This document shows, in pieces, positions 16,423-26,159 of a stretch of 64,000 nt of DNA; the first letter of the stretch is position 1; every line of letters starts with the position of its first letter. The translations under genes and the position numbers were made by a program. Under the pieces are notes generated by a model. That model was not told the DNA's origin, searched no databases, and was given only the letters and a program-made list of their open reading frames with translations. Source of the stretch: a virus. Where the stretch lies: the IMG/VR virus record IMGVR_UViG_3300013132_000047, positions 4,181 through 68,180 of that record; one strand, given 5' to 3'.

Positions 16423-19029
16423 TTATACCCCGCCCATTTTTGCTAGCGAACCAGCAGCTTTTTCCACGTAGATTACACCATAAGGCAAAGGGAATTTTGA
16501 TTCTAACTCAGCAATAGTGGTTTCAGGAAATTGCTCTTTGTATGTTTCGCGTTCAGCAAAAACGTTTTGACGAAGTTGTTCGTATTGTTCGTTTGCTGCA
16601 ATGTGTTCGGGACGTAAAAATCCGCCAATTTTATTCACTACAGGACCACTAGGTGGTTTAATAGAAACAGAAACTTCTTTAACGGCAGAATTGCCACGCA
16701 AATCCTCAAGTCGAATGATTGCACCATTTGTGTTTAAACGCCACTTCGGGCACAAGGTTGCGTACAACATTTGACGTTGCCTTGTGGAATCGTTGTCCAT
16801 AGCCAACGCATTTCCAATGCCTCCAGTTGCGCGTGCATTGTAGCTAACTCTACTGGTATGATTTTTGTAAAGCGCATGACCACATTCGCAAGTTGGTGAA
16901 AACCAGTTTTCAATCTGCGACGTATCATAGGTTCTGTTGCAGTGCACACACCGCCAAGCGTCATGCACATCTATTTGATCTGGTTCACCATGATCGTTAA
17001 AAATCACAACATCAGTATCAAACGAAGGCAGCTGTGTTTTATCAAAACCTTTGCGCTTACCGTAATAACCCCGAGCTAGTTGGTAGCCGTACAGTTGTTG
17101 GCGTACTGTTATTGTTCTATCGGCATCGCCGGAGTTGCCAATAACAATTTCTTCATCAAGACGTGCAACAAAATCTTCAGGATTAACAACAGGTTCACCG
17201 TTTTCATAGTACATGCCGCCAATAGCATCAATCTTTGTTGTCGTCATTTCTTCCGGCCAAACAACATCAGAAGAAACAATACCACCAATTGTTTCACGAT
17301 ATTTGGGGTGCGAAGTTATTGTGGCAAGAATTTCTTCATGTAGTCTTTGAACCGTTTGAGAATGCTGACGTTTACCGACACGCATCTCTTCTTCAACAAT
17401 AGCAGTATTGTATGCGCCAAGGTCGAAATCGATGTCGGTGCGTTCAGAACCAAAAGAATCCATGAAAACTTTACGAAGATTTAACCCATTAGGGTTAGTG
17501 CAACGAGGCTTTGAAGGTTCTACCCCACTAGTGCGCAGCCAAGAGGGACGAACCTTAATTGGCCTTGTCTTATGGAGCATTGACGTGACTTTAGAGTACT
17601 GAGTCTTAATGTCGTTTACGGCTTTATTTCCGTAACGAGCTTTTGCTAGACGCAAAAGTTCTGGTAAATAAAGCCGAAAAACTGAAGCATTTGCTTTCGT
17701 TTCACTATAAGTTTCTGGCAAATTACCATTGCCATCAACAGCTAAATATTCACCAAGACGAAACTCGACATGCAAAACACCATGCGGAGGAAAAACTTCT
17801 TGGTATTTTGTTTGTCGACCGGTAGTAAACTCGACAATACCAGACGCAAGATTATATCTTGGCGCTTTAGCATGATAGTAGCATGGCTTGTTACGTTTAT
17901 GGTCACACCTGGGACAATTAGGATTTACCAGAGAATTCCAGTCGGAATTAGAAATTTTGATCTTTTCGGGCAAAGAAGGCCAACGACTTTTGACAATTTT
18001 GAGATTATCTGGCAAAGAAAAGATCTTATGAAAAGGATACATTATTTCAGCAACGCCATAGCTTAAGCCAGGAAAACTACTGTCCCTTACGTCGTAACCC
18101 ATAACCGTGTCTTCATTGACATAGATACGGTAGTCATCCGCCGAAACAATTGCAGTTACACTATTGGCAAGAAAACGAATTTTATATTTTAATTCTCCGT
18201 AGTGAAAATCTTTACGGAGAATTTGAACACCAAACGACAGTATTCTTCCATGACCTTCGGTTTGCTTTTTCCAAAGGGCCAAGCCAAGAGCCTGACCAAC
18301 TTCCATAGAAGAATACTCAGGGTTTAGCAAAACTTGTTCACGTTCCCATGGGGTTAGACTTGCATTATCGTTCATCTCCAGGTAATTGAACTGCCAGTTT
18401 TCGCCTGCGTAATCTACGTAATAGCAGTTGGCACAAGAAGGTGATTCTACTCGTTTACCTTTTGGTTTGAAATCGCAGTAAACTACAGAACCATTTACTT
18501 TTATACCTTCAACCGGCAGTGAACAAGAACCACCAACAGAAACATTCCACCTATTTAGACGGCTTCCGTCTGAAGTTGACGGTTCAAGAACAACTTTACC
18601 GTTTTTCTTTATTGGACGGTAAATTATTGCAGAACCAGAAGCAGAGCTGACAACGTCAACTTCTATTGGAACAAAATGCTCACAAACAAGACATTGTTTA
18701 CGCAAGTTTTGCCCACAAGTTGAAAGAAACGCTCTAGTTGTAGACGAAGACGTTTCTTGCAAATCAACAATTCGATTGTTATGGTCAGTTGTGTTTAGTA
18801 CCTTTACTTCGTTCCAGATTTTGTTAGGCGCACAAGCAAAATCACTTTCGTTGTACAAAGGATCTTGCTGCGCTTTTAAAAGATCAATCTTATTGTGAGC
18901 CCAAAACTTGTCGTTGGTTCTTGTGCATGTTCGGCACACAAGTTCACGGGGACGATCTTCGTATTGTTCGCACAAAGAAATTTCTTCAATAGAAATTCCC
19001 TCACCAGTCATTATTTGTCTCACTTTCAA
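16423..19029 (-). CDS. large Cys-rich hypothetical protein (868 aa)
   Basis: Long ORF with many dispersed CxxC motifs; no recognisable family. Confidence 0.75.
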   Translation of the reverse strand: MKVRQIMTGEGISIEEISLCEQYEDRPRELVCRTCTRTNDKFWAHNKIDLLKAQQDPLYNESDFACAPNKIWNEVKVLNTTDHNNRIVDLQETSSSTTRAFLSTCGQNLRKQCLVCEHFVPIEVDVVSSASGSAIIYRPIKKNGKVVLEPSTSDGSRLNRWNVSVGGSCSLPVEGIKVNGSVVYCDFKPKGKRVESPSCANCYYVDYAGENWQFNYLEMNDNASLTPWEREQVLLNPEYSSMEVGQALGLALWKKQTEGHGRILSFGVQILRKDFHYGELKYKIRFLANSVTAIVSADDYRIYVNEDTVMGYDVRDSSFPGLSYGVAEIMYPFHKIFSLPDNLKIVKSRWPSLPEKIKISNSDWNSLVNPNCPRCDHKRNKPCYYHAKAPRYNLASGIVEFTTGRQTKYQEVFPPHGVLHVEFRLGEYLAVDGNGNLPETYSETKANASVFRLYLPELLRLAKARYGNKAVNDIKTQYSKVTSMLHKTRPIKVRPSWLRTSGVEPSKPRCTNPNGLNLRKVFMDSFGSERTDIDFDLGAYNTAIVEEEMRVGKRQHSQTVQRLHEEILATITSHPKYRETIGGIVSSDVVWPEEMTTTKIDAIGGMYYENGEPVVNPEDFVARLDEEIVIGNSGDADRTITVRQQLYGYQLARGYYGKRKGFDKTQLPSFDTDVVIFNDHGEPDQIDVHDAWRCVHCNRTYDTSQIENWFSPTCECGHALYKNHTSRVSYNARATGGIGNALAMDNDSTRQRQMLYATLCPKWRLNTNGAIIRLEDLRGNSAVKEVSVSIKPPSGPVVNKIGGFLRPEHIAANEQYEQLRQNVFAERETYKEQFPETTIAELESKFPLPYGVIYVEKAAGSLAKMGGV

Positions 19030-19423
19030 TTGAGCGTTGGTAAGATAATAAAGTTTCTATAGAGTCTGCAAGAAACTTTATTTGATCTTGTGGAGACATA
19101 GCCCGTATAGTTGACAAAATCATGTCGACAGGGCTTTTTCGGCAACTAAGTGCAACAACAAGAATATTCATCCTTATTGTTTCACTTAATTCAGACACTA
19201 AAGCGTCAGCATCGCCGAGTGTATTTCTTAATTGCGTTGCGGCATTGTACGCTTCAAGAAGAAATTCATCTGTAGTTAAAGATTGAATTTTATCTTTAGC
19301 GTTTTGCAAAGACAAAGCATTTTGAGTTGTTATTTCACTTGATGAAGTATTCGCGTACATCAAGTTTGGCTCAAAAATGCTTTCAAACATGTCGTCATTG
19401 ACAACATCTGAATCGTCAAACAA
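19001..19423 (-). CDS. hypothetical protein
   Basis: 140 aa ORF, TTG start after GGGGG. Confidence 0.55.
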   Translation of the reverse strand: MFDDSDVVNDDMFESIFEPNLMYANTSSSEITTQNALSLQNAKDKIQSLTTDEFLLEAYNAATQLRNTLGDADALVSELSETIRMNILVVALSCRKSPVDMILSTIRAMSPQDQIKFLADSIETLLSYQRSIESETNNDW

Positions 19424-19439
19424 GACAACCCCCTAAGGT

Positions 19440-19709
19440 TTAATACCACTGGAATTTGATCAAACCATCTGTTCTGCTTTTGGATCGAAGATATCTTTCC
19501 GAGAAAGGTTTACCTCTCGTCAAGATTTTACCTCCCCAAACCCCACAATTTTTCCAACCCGAAATGCCCAACTCAAAACATTCTGTTTTAACAGGGCATG
19601 TTTCGCAAATCTCAACTGCTTTTTTTAATTCATCAAGCCTTGAAGAAAAAAACCAATTCTTCAATTCTTGTGGCAGGTCTTTGCAGACCGCCTTTGAGTA
19701 ATCCATCAT
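19440..19709 (-). CDS. whiB: WhiB-family transcription regulator (second copy)
   Basis: AVC...FF......A..ICETCPVK.EC......GVWGG. Confidence 0.88.
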   Translation of the reverse strand: MMDYSKAVCKDLPQELKNWFFSSRLDELKKAVEICETCPVKTECFELGISGWKNCGVWGGKILTRGKPFSERYLRSKSRTDGLIKFQWY

Positions 19710-19727
19710 TCTCCTTAGATTTAGTTC

Positions 19728-19827
19728 CGATAGGCCCCTGGCAAGTGCGTGGAAAGGAGGGGAACACGCAACTCTAGTTAAACTAGTTGCCAGAGGGGCC
19801 CATCGACCTGATTGGGGGATATCAGGT
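19728..19827 (-). ncRNA. structured RNA with C-rich/anti-SD loops
   Basis: Nested inverted repeats; minus-strand loops TATCCCCCA and TTCCCCTCCTTTC. Confidence 0.45.
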
Positions 19828-19936
19828 GTTTAGGATTCCAATAGTTAGACCATGGCCCTCACAGGAGACCTTAATGGTCACAGTCTGCACTGCTATTGTT
19901 TGCGCAACCGTAAACGGTACCTAAATCTTCTAGCGT

Positions 19937-20251
19937 TTAAACAGAGATAGTTTTACGAATTTGTTTAACCTTTGATTTAGAAAGATTTTCGTATTTGTAG
20001 TAGGTCACTACAATGTCAAAGTTTTTCGACAACACAAAAACATCATTTTCATACTTAAAATGTTTACGATCATGGGTGCCTTTAGACAAAGGAACTTGAG
20101 TGTAAACCAAGAAAAGAGTATCTCTTATCTTTTGCTCAACAGAAACAAAATCATCTTTTTTACAGTTATATTTGTTATCGTGGCGTTCAAGATAACGTTT
20201 TTTAGCGTGATGAGAAATTTTTACAGTAAAAGGATTGAACTGTGCTGTCAT
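19937..20251 (-). CDS. RelE-like/DUF4258-like small nuclease-fold protein
   Basis: ISHHAKKRYLER...VFV......VVTY pattern. Confidence 0.45.
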   Translation of the reverse strand: MTAQFNPFTVKISHHAKKRYLERHDNKYNCKKDDFVSVEQKIRDTLFLVYTQVPLSKGTHDRKHFKYENDVFVLSKNFDIVVTYYKYENLSKSKVKQIRKTISV

Positions 20252-20421
20252 TTTAAGAATTCCATTTGTTTACATAAAGTTCAAGAGTTCTTGTTTCCAT
20301 GCGCGCAAACCAAATATCATCACAACAATTTAAACAAACACTTTCAAAAGTTTCAATATCACAAAACATTGCTACGTCACTTTTGCAGACATCGCAAGAT
20401 ACTTCAAAAGAAGGATGATGA

Positions 20422-20742
20422 TCAATAAATCCGGCCCAATACCTTGTTTGTTTCATACGAAGACCACTCTCCATTTTCGGGAACGTGCACAAAATCCCCC
20501 CTGCTTTCTCCCCAATAATCATGGACTAGCCCAGAAGGAGGAAAACGCAGGTAAGCTATTTCATCAAAATTGATAAGCCAACTAGCAGATTGACTAAAAA
20601 CTGAAATAGTTGATTCGTTGCTGTTTATTTTAGCATCGCCAACTATAATCTGACCAGATTCTTTTAAACAAACAATAACTTTTGTATTATGGAAACGTTC
20701 TATAGGAATTTCTTTTGTAAAACTTAAAACAAAAGCATTCAT
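20422..20742 (-). CDS. hypothetical protein
   Basis: AAAGGAG SD, 106 aa. Confidence 0.5.
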   Translation of the reverse strand: MNAFVLSFTKEIPIERFHNTKVIVCLKESGQIIVGDAKINSNESTISVFSQSASWLINFDEIAYLRFPPSGLVHDYWGESRGDFVHVPENGEWSSYETNKVLGRIY

Positions 20743-21000
20743 TTTCGCTCCTTTGTTAAATTTAGACCGACTAAAACGTGTGATCTAGGCATCGACGTTA
20801 AAAAAAGTCTAGGCCTTTAGATCACCTTATGGCCTTGAATATACAACACGTCTTAAAAGACGTGCAAGTCATAAGAAAAGAATTGTACTCCATTGAAACC
20901 CCCAATGTAGTTGAATGAACTATTGCAAACATCACCTTCCCGAAGCAGCAGGCAACGCTCAAACCTGCTGCTTCGGGTCGGCAATGGAGTATCATTCACG

Positions 21001-21636
21001 CTAAGGAATGTCTAGGGCTAGGGCAGACTCAAACCCTTCGACTTCCCTCTCCTTTCTTAGTGCCGCAATTTCCAGCATTGCAGCCCAAGAATCTATAAAT
21101 CCATTATTGCCTGATTCATTGTATGTCATAATGTCATCGATTTCGTTATTCGTTAAAAACGTTAGACGTTTATTTTGCAAGATTATATCTAGCAAAGTCA
21201 TGTCGATTTTAGATTTGTGAGATCCAGCGATTTTATCGGCTAGATACAAAGAACCTTCGCGATCTTCATAACGGTGAACAATTTCAGGAAAGTTTTCAGT
21301 AAGCCAACTGTAGTAGTACAATACTTCGTCGTCAGTGAGTTCATCGTTATCGTGTTTGCTGACTGGCACAAACTTATCAACAAAGTTGACTATCTTTACT
21401 CTTTGGTCAGCAACGTCACACTGTGCTTGTTTTTTGGTCGCGCGGTATTTACAAACGTCGCAGTGACATCCAGATTCGTGCTCAGGTTCTCCAGTAATTT
21501 TAGCTATGATAGCAGCAACAAGAGTTTTGGGAGAAACCATCATTGCTGCACCAGCTACCCGTGGAGTAAGAATTGGGATTGTTGTTGTAAAGCATTCGTT
21601 TCTGAATTCTTTGAATTTGTTTACATAAACGCCCAT
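21001..21636 (-). CDS. hypothetical protein (CxCxxC)
   Basis: 211 aa, AAGGA SD. Confidence 0.6.
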   Translation of the reverse strand: MGVYVNKFKEFRNECFTTTIPILTPRVAGAAMMVSPKTLVAAIIAKITGEPEHESGCHCDVCKYRATKKQAQCDVADQRVKIVNFVDKFVPVSKHDNDELTDDEVLYYYSWLTENFPEIVHRYEDREGSLYLADKIAGSHKSKIDMTLLDIILQNKRLTFLTNNEIDDIMTYNESGNNGFIDSWAAMLEIAALRKEREVEGFESALALDIP

Positions 21637-22019
21637 GCATGATCCTTTTCGTTAAGAGGATCTTTTACATAGCCACTGAATAAAGCGGAAAGTCCGTCAG
21701 TAAAATCTTTATCAAAGAACGGATCACCTTCAGGTTTCCAGTCGTAGATTACGAAATCAAATCGTTCATCTTGATAAAGATAAAATTCTTGTTGAGCGTC
21801 TGGTGGGCGATTTACTTTACGTTGAGAGGTAGTTGGTTCGTTAGTTTCTTTGCTATTTCTATCAAGTAGTGAACTGAGCACTGCTAGCGGACCCACTTGC
21901 ATAATGTCGCCACCAGATCCTGCACCAAAAATTGGCGCAACAGAAAGATAGGTGGATTTACGCCAGTTGTTAAACCTAACAAATGGATTACGCAATTGGG
22001 AGGTCTGCTGTAGGGTCAA
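21621..22019 (-). CDS. hypothetical protein
   Basis: 132 aa ORF in operon context. Confidence 0.5.
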   Translation of the reverse strand: MTLQQTSQLRNPFVRFNNWRKSTYLSVAPIFGAGSGGDIMQVGPLAVLSSLLDRNSKETNEPTTSQRKVNRPPDAQQEFYLYQDERFDFVIYDWKPEGDPFFDKDFTDGLSALFSGYVKDPLNEKDHAWAFM

Positions 22020-22368
22020 TCATCGGAGGCATAGGCAATGCGTGCATTGGCTGCATCGGTTGCATTACTGGCGTATAATGCGACTGATAGTAGCTAGCTT
22101 GCGGATTGTATGCGAATGGCGACGATGATCGTTTGAACATGTCATCAACCGGTTTACAAACACTGCGCGCACAATCACATGCTGTGACAGCACCTTTCTT
22201 GAGCGCATTAGTGCTAAGTTGCATTGTTTTCAATGACCCCGCCAACGTGTTGAGCGAAGCCATTGGACCAACAATGCCCGGAATTCCAGTCGTAATGAAG
22301 AAAGTTTCAGACCGGAACTGGCGAAGCCTGGTACGTAGTGACTTTAGTTTGCCAACTGTTTGACTCAT
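21988..22368 (-). CDS. hypothetical protein with a Pro/Met/Gln-rich tail
   Basis: GGAGG SD before ATG 22368 (MSQTVGK). Confidence 0.5.
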   Translation of the reverse strand: MSQTVGKLKSLRTRLRQFRSETFFITTGIPGIVGPMASLNTLAGSLKTMQLSTNALKKGAVTACDCARSVCKPVDDMFKRSSSPFAYNPQASYYQSHYTPVMQPMQPMHALPMPPMIDPTADLPIA

Positions 22369-22822
22369 CTTTGTGCCTCCGATAGCGGCGCCCATCGGCA
22401 CCGAATGTACCTGACCAAACCTGAAACAGCAACATCCAAAACGATGCCCAAGCCATTGGCGTAAACTTAATTGCAATGGCAATGAACATGGTGATGATGG
22501 AAACAATAGAACCAATCATCGGCCCCGCCAAGGCGACCGATTGTAGATGATTGGGATCTTTGCCTTTTACTGTTGTACCCCCTAGTACACCATAGATCAG
22601 AGGGATAAAAAATGGCAGCAATGGCATTTGACCAGTTTTTGCCGCGGCAAAATAATGACCAAATTCATGAGCAGCAACAATCAAAAAGATGATTGCACCG
22701 AGCCACAAAGGCAACATTGCGTACAATACAGCAGCAGTGGCTGCTGCGGTACCGACACAATAGGTTGCTTGCCAAGCAGCACGTTTTACTTTCTTAAAGT
22801 TGATCTTCTTATGCCATGTCAT
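22307..22822 (-). CDS. mini site-2 protease (peptidase M50)
   Basis: TM helices with HEFGH, ALAGP and FGADG. Confidence 0.8.
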   Translation of the reverse strand: MTWHKKINFKKVKRAAWQATYCVGTAAATAAVLYAMLPLWLGAIIFLIVAAHEFGHYFAAAKTGQMPLLPFFIPLIYGVLGGTTVKGKDPNHLQSVALAGPMIGSIVSIITMFIAIAIKFTPMAWASFWMLLFQVWSGTFGADGRRYRRHKDESNSWQTKVTTYQASPVPV

Positions 22823-22994
22823 ATGCGAGCCCCATCTCGGTAGCGAGCACACGGCTACGACGATTTACGTTGCTCAACCATTTCTCAGCAAACGGGCTGA
22901 CAAGCGCATCAAACGTTTGCTTGAAAAGCCAGCCAAGAAAACTTAAAACAAACCACTTAGTCACTCCTTTGAGAATAAAGGATGCAACTTTCAT
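22809..22994 (-). CDS. small membrane/amphipathic protein
   Basis: 61 aa between the two M50 genes, GGAAGG SD. Confidence 0.5.
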   Translation of the reverse strand: MKVASFILKGVTKWFVLSFLGWLFKQTFDALVSPFAEKWLSNVNRRSRVLATEMGLAYDMA

Positions 22995-23506
22995 AGCGCT
23001 ACCTTCCAGTCTGTTTCGGCGTGAATGTCACAGGGTACTGAAATGTGCGAGACATTTGTAACTACTTTTGTCCCCTCCTTTGCTTTTCTGAATTTGCGGC
23101 CATCAGAACCAAACGTTGCTGCAAAGATTTCACGGACGGCCATGCCGCCAGCGAACAATGCACCTAGCGTTGAGCCAACTAGCATGAAAGCGATGAGCAT
23201 AGCCGCACTTACTAAAGTGCCGGCCAGCGGTCCTGCCATTGCGATCGCACGGATCTTCGAAAAATCCTTGGTAGGTATCCATGTCGCTCCTATTGCTAAC
23301 GGTCCTAATGGAATAAACATTGGCAATGCTGTTTTTGTGTTGAGTAGTTTGGCCGCACCAAAATGACCAAGTTCATGTGCTATCAACACAGCCAACATTA
23401 TAATCAAAATCCAATAAGGATAGAACACTAGCATGATTGCGGCAGAAGCTGCAATGCTGCCCATGAACCATCCTATTTGTATAACTGACCAAGTAATTTT
23501 TTTCAT
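22991..23506 (-). CDS. mini site-2 protease (peptidase M50), paralog
   Basis: HELGH, AMAGP and FGSDG. Confidence 0.8.
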   Translation of the reverse strand: MKKITWSVIQIGWFMGSIAASAAIMLVFYPYWILIIMLAVLIAHELGHFGAAKLLNTKTALPMFIPLGPLAIGATWIPTKDFSKIRAIAMAGPLAGTLVSAAMLIAFMLVGSTLGALFAGGMAVREIFAATFGSDGRKFRKAKEGTKVVTNVSHISVPCDIHAETDWKVAL

Positions 23507-23916
23507 TAGATCTCAAATGTTTGGTTGATGAGCTCGTGAGTTTTGTTTCGAGGATACATGCGCAACACTTGAATGTGAAGTTTTCTATCGTCTTGATGGG
23601 TGAGAATTTTTCCGTGGAATCCACCGTACTTGATGTGGTGCAGCCACGAGATTTGACGTGTCTCTGGTGAGTCAAGAACCCATCGCGTGTTAGGAGAATC
23701 TTTTCTAAGGTTTTGGGTGGCAATCACGAAGATGCCGTGAACTGTTCTGCGAAGCAGATGTTCGCTGTCATCTATTGTTTCAACGACAAGCGTTTCACGC
23801 CCTACACGTGCTATGCGTGTGGGGCTGTGAAGAGCGTTGTGGATTGATACCATTACATCAGCGTTCATACTTTGATACTCCTTTGTTGGTATAAACCCAT
23901 ATAAATATGGGTACAA
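23506..23916 (-). CDS. hypothetical protein
   Basis: ORF coupled to the M50 gene; start likely MNADV after AAAGGAG. Confidence 0.55.
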   Translation of the reverse strand: MYPYLYGFIPTKEYQSMNADVMVSIHNALHSPTRIARVGRETLVVETIDDSEHLLRRTVHGIFVIATQNLRKDSPNTRWVLDSPETRQISWLHHIKYGGFHGKILTHQDDRKLHIQVLRMYPRNKTHELINQTFEI

Positions 23917-24046
23917 GTATGGATGTGAAAGTATCGTTTTGTGTGTTTTAAGAAATGTTGAGTTACATTATTGGATTTTGTTTCATTTAAGCGCATACAT
24001 ATACAAATTGAACTCATTAACATTTCTGTGATTTAAAAAACGACAG

Positions 24047-24092
24047 AAAAAAGCGTGTTGGGGGTCGACCCGAAGGCCGACCCCCGTAGCAC
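24047..24092 (-). terminator. intrinsic terminator with UUCG loop
   Basis: GGGGGTCGGCC-TTCG-GGTCGACCCCC followed by CGCTTTTTT, after the 352-aa gene. Confidence 0.8.
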
Positions 24093-24101
24093 ACGCAGTG
24101 G

Positions 24102-25160
24102 TCAGAAAGGATCTTCGCCATCAGCGACGACAACGCCTGCGGTAGTGTCGATGACACTGTTTCCAGCAGGAGTGTCGGAGCGGGTGGTCCAGAAGTCCAG
24201 TTCGACTCCGCCGGCCAACTGAACGCGGCCGCACGGAACGTTGGTGGTGTACCATTCACCGTTGTTCTCCACCTTACCGTCAGGCTGGATGGTGACGCCA
24301 GGCTGGACGCCACCCCAGTTGCCAAGAGAACGGGTGAAGTTGTTGATCTCACGAGTGATGGTCTCGCGGCGGCTCTTGAGGTCCTCAAGGCCTTTGCCGG
24401 AAGCGACGCTCATTTGCTTGTCGGTGGCCTTGACCAAACCAGCGAACTTCAGGTAGTTCAGCAGGCTGGACATTGACGAGTCGACGAGGTCCACGAAACC
24501 GGTGTTCGCTCGGTTGAGCGTACGGTCCTGACGGTTCATCTCGAAACCTTCGACAGGAATGCCTTCGGAATGCTTGAATTGGGAGACGACTCGCAGATTG
24601 CGGTCGTCTTTCACTGCGCCAAGTTCCACGAATTGCTGGGCGGCGAGGTTGAACTGCTCTTCGCTGGTGCCCTGCTGCTCGAAGAACAGGCTCATTCCAC
24701 GGTAGGAATCGGCCTGCTCATCGTTGATGGCAGCGAACTTCATGTTCTTGTTGGCGAGATTCTGAAGGAACTCTTCACGCGAGTAGACCTTACCAGAATT
24801 TGCGATGGACACGTTGACCAGTTCTACCATCTTATCAACCAGGTTGATTTTGGTGTCGCCGTCCTTGATGAAGATGTCGAGTTTGACGTTGCTCATCGCA
24901 CCGCGAGCGGTGTAGATGGTGCGGTCGTCGCCCTGGCGCTTGCGGCTGATCAAGGTGAGGCTGGTGAGTCGACCTTCGCGGAAGATGACTTCAGCGGGGA
25001 ACTCCTGGCCAGCGATAGTGCCGACAAACTGCGTCGGGATATCGCGCTTGACAACCGTACGGGTACGGTTGATGAAACCGACCTCATCGGTCAAGACGTC
25101 GGCGAGAAGATCGCCAGTCAAGCCGAAATCGGCGAAGATGGATTCATTGGATAGGGACAT
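24102..25160 (-). CDS. 352-aa protein with an SSB-like acidic C-terminal tail (DGEDPF)
   Basis: Strong C/G third-position codon bias, GAGGT SD, own terminator, DPF terminus. Confidence 0.6.
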   Translation of the reverse strand: MSLSNESIFADFGLTGDLLADVLTDEVGFINRTRTVVKRDIPTQFVGTIAGQEFPAEVIFREGRLTSLTLISRKRQGDDRTIYTARGAMSNVKLDIFIKDGDTKINLVDKMVELVNVSIANSGKVYSREEFLQNLANKNMKFAAINDEQADSYRGMSLFFEQQGTSEEQFNLAAQQFVELGAVKDDRNLRVVSQFKHSEGIPVEGFEMNRQDRTLNRANTGFVDLVDSSMSSLLNYLKFAGLVKATDKQMSVASGKGLEDLKSRRETITREINNFTRSLGNWGGVQPGVTIQPDGKVENNGEWYTTNVPCGRVQLAGGVELDFWTTRSDTPAGNSVIDTTAGVVVADGEDPF

Positions 25161-25455
25161 AGTGGCTATTACCTCATTGTTTGTGTGGTTGTGTTGGATA
25201 GGGAAATCAGGAGACAGTTGCTATTGCGTGTCTCCCTCTTCCCCTTCTTCCCCTTCATAGGGATCTGTGTTTGTGGGATCGTCATAAGCAATGACAAGCC
25301 AGCACAAAAGAACTATTGGAATGATGATGATTATGAACGGCGAAATCACAAATTTCATGAGTAACACGAATAGGATTTCCATGACACCTCCAGTAAGGAT
25401 TGAACTTACTTGTTGGAATGGGTGAGCAGTTTTACAACATGCTCAGGTTTGGCGA

Positions 25456-25725
25456 TCAGTGGTTTCGGTCGCTGAGGTCGCTCAGTTCAAGAGCTCGACA
25501 CATCACTGCGAACATTGAGGGGTTCTCGATGAATTCGTCAATCGAGATGTGCGGTTTGAACCAGTTTGGAACTTTGTCAAAGTTCCAACCATCCTTGGCG
25601 TACCAAGCAAACCGACAATCTTTACACCAGCAGAGATCGTAGTCTCCGTGGAGGTTTGTGCTTGGTATTGCTTGACGGTCAAGATTTCGGTCGGAAACCC
25701 AACAGTCAACGTGATAGCGGATCAT
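25456..25725 (-). CDS. hypothetical Cys-containing protein
   Basis: GAAAGGA/AGGA SD; CWCKDC. Confidence 0.5.
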   Translation of the reverse strand: MIRYHVDCWVSDRNLDRQAIPSTNLHGDYDLCWCKDCRFAWYAKDGWNFDKVPNWFKPHISIDEFIENPSMFAVMCRALELSDLSDRNH

Positions 25726-25759
25726 CCTGCATCCTTTCTGTTGTTGGTTGAAACATGTG

Positions 25760-25832
<73 letters not shown>

Positions 25833-25895
25833 AAGCGGGGTGGGAGACGACACCCGACGTGTCTTATGAGGTCTCCCACCCCACATCTTTTACAC

Positions 25896-26159
25896 CTAGC
25901 TGCCCGACAATGCTTGAAGAAACGTTTCTTGCAGTTCGGTTAGGAACAAGGTAATTTCATCTTTGTTACCATGAAATACCAACGTGTAAGGAACGTTGAA
26001 TACATCTGTAGAGATGTTAGTGATTCGAAGTTCGTAGAACCATCCTTCAATTGGATCTGGTGTTTTTTCAGGTCGATGAACAGTGATCTCTGTTCTTTGA
26101 GAGGTTTCTAGCAGTCCGAAGGCATGAAGGTTGATCACTGTGACGTTTTGAATTAACAC
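25896..26159 (-). CDS. hypothetical protein
   Basis: AAGGAG SD, 87 aa. Confidence 0.55.
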   Translation of the reverse strand: MLIQNVTVINLHAFGLLETSQRTEITVHRPEKTPDPIEGWFYELRITNISTDVFNVPYTLVFHGNKDEITLFLTELQETFLQALSGS

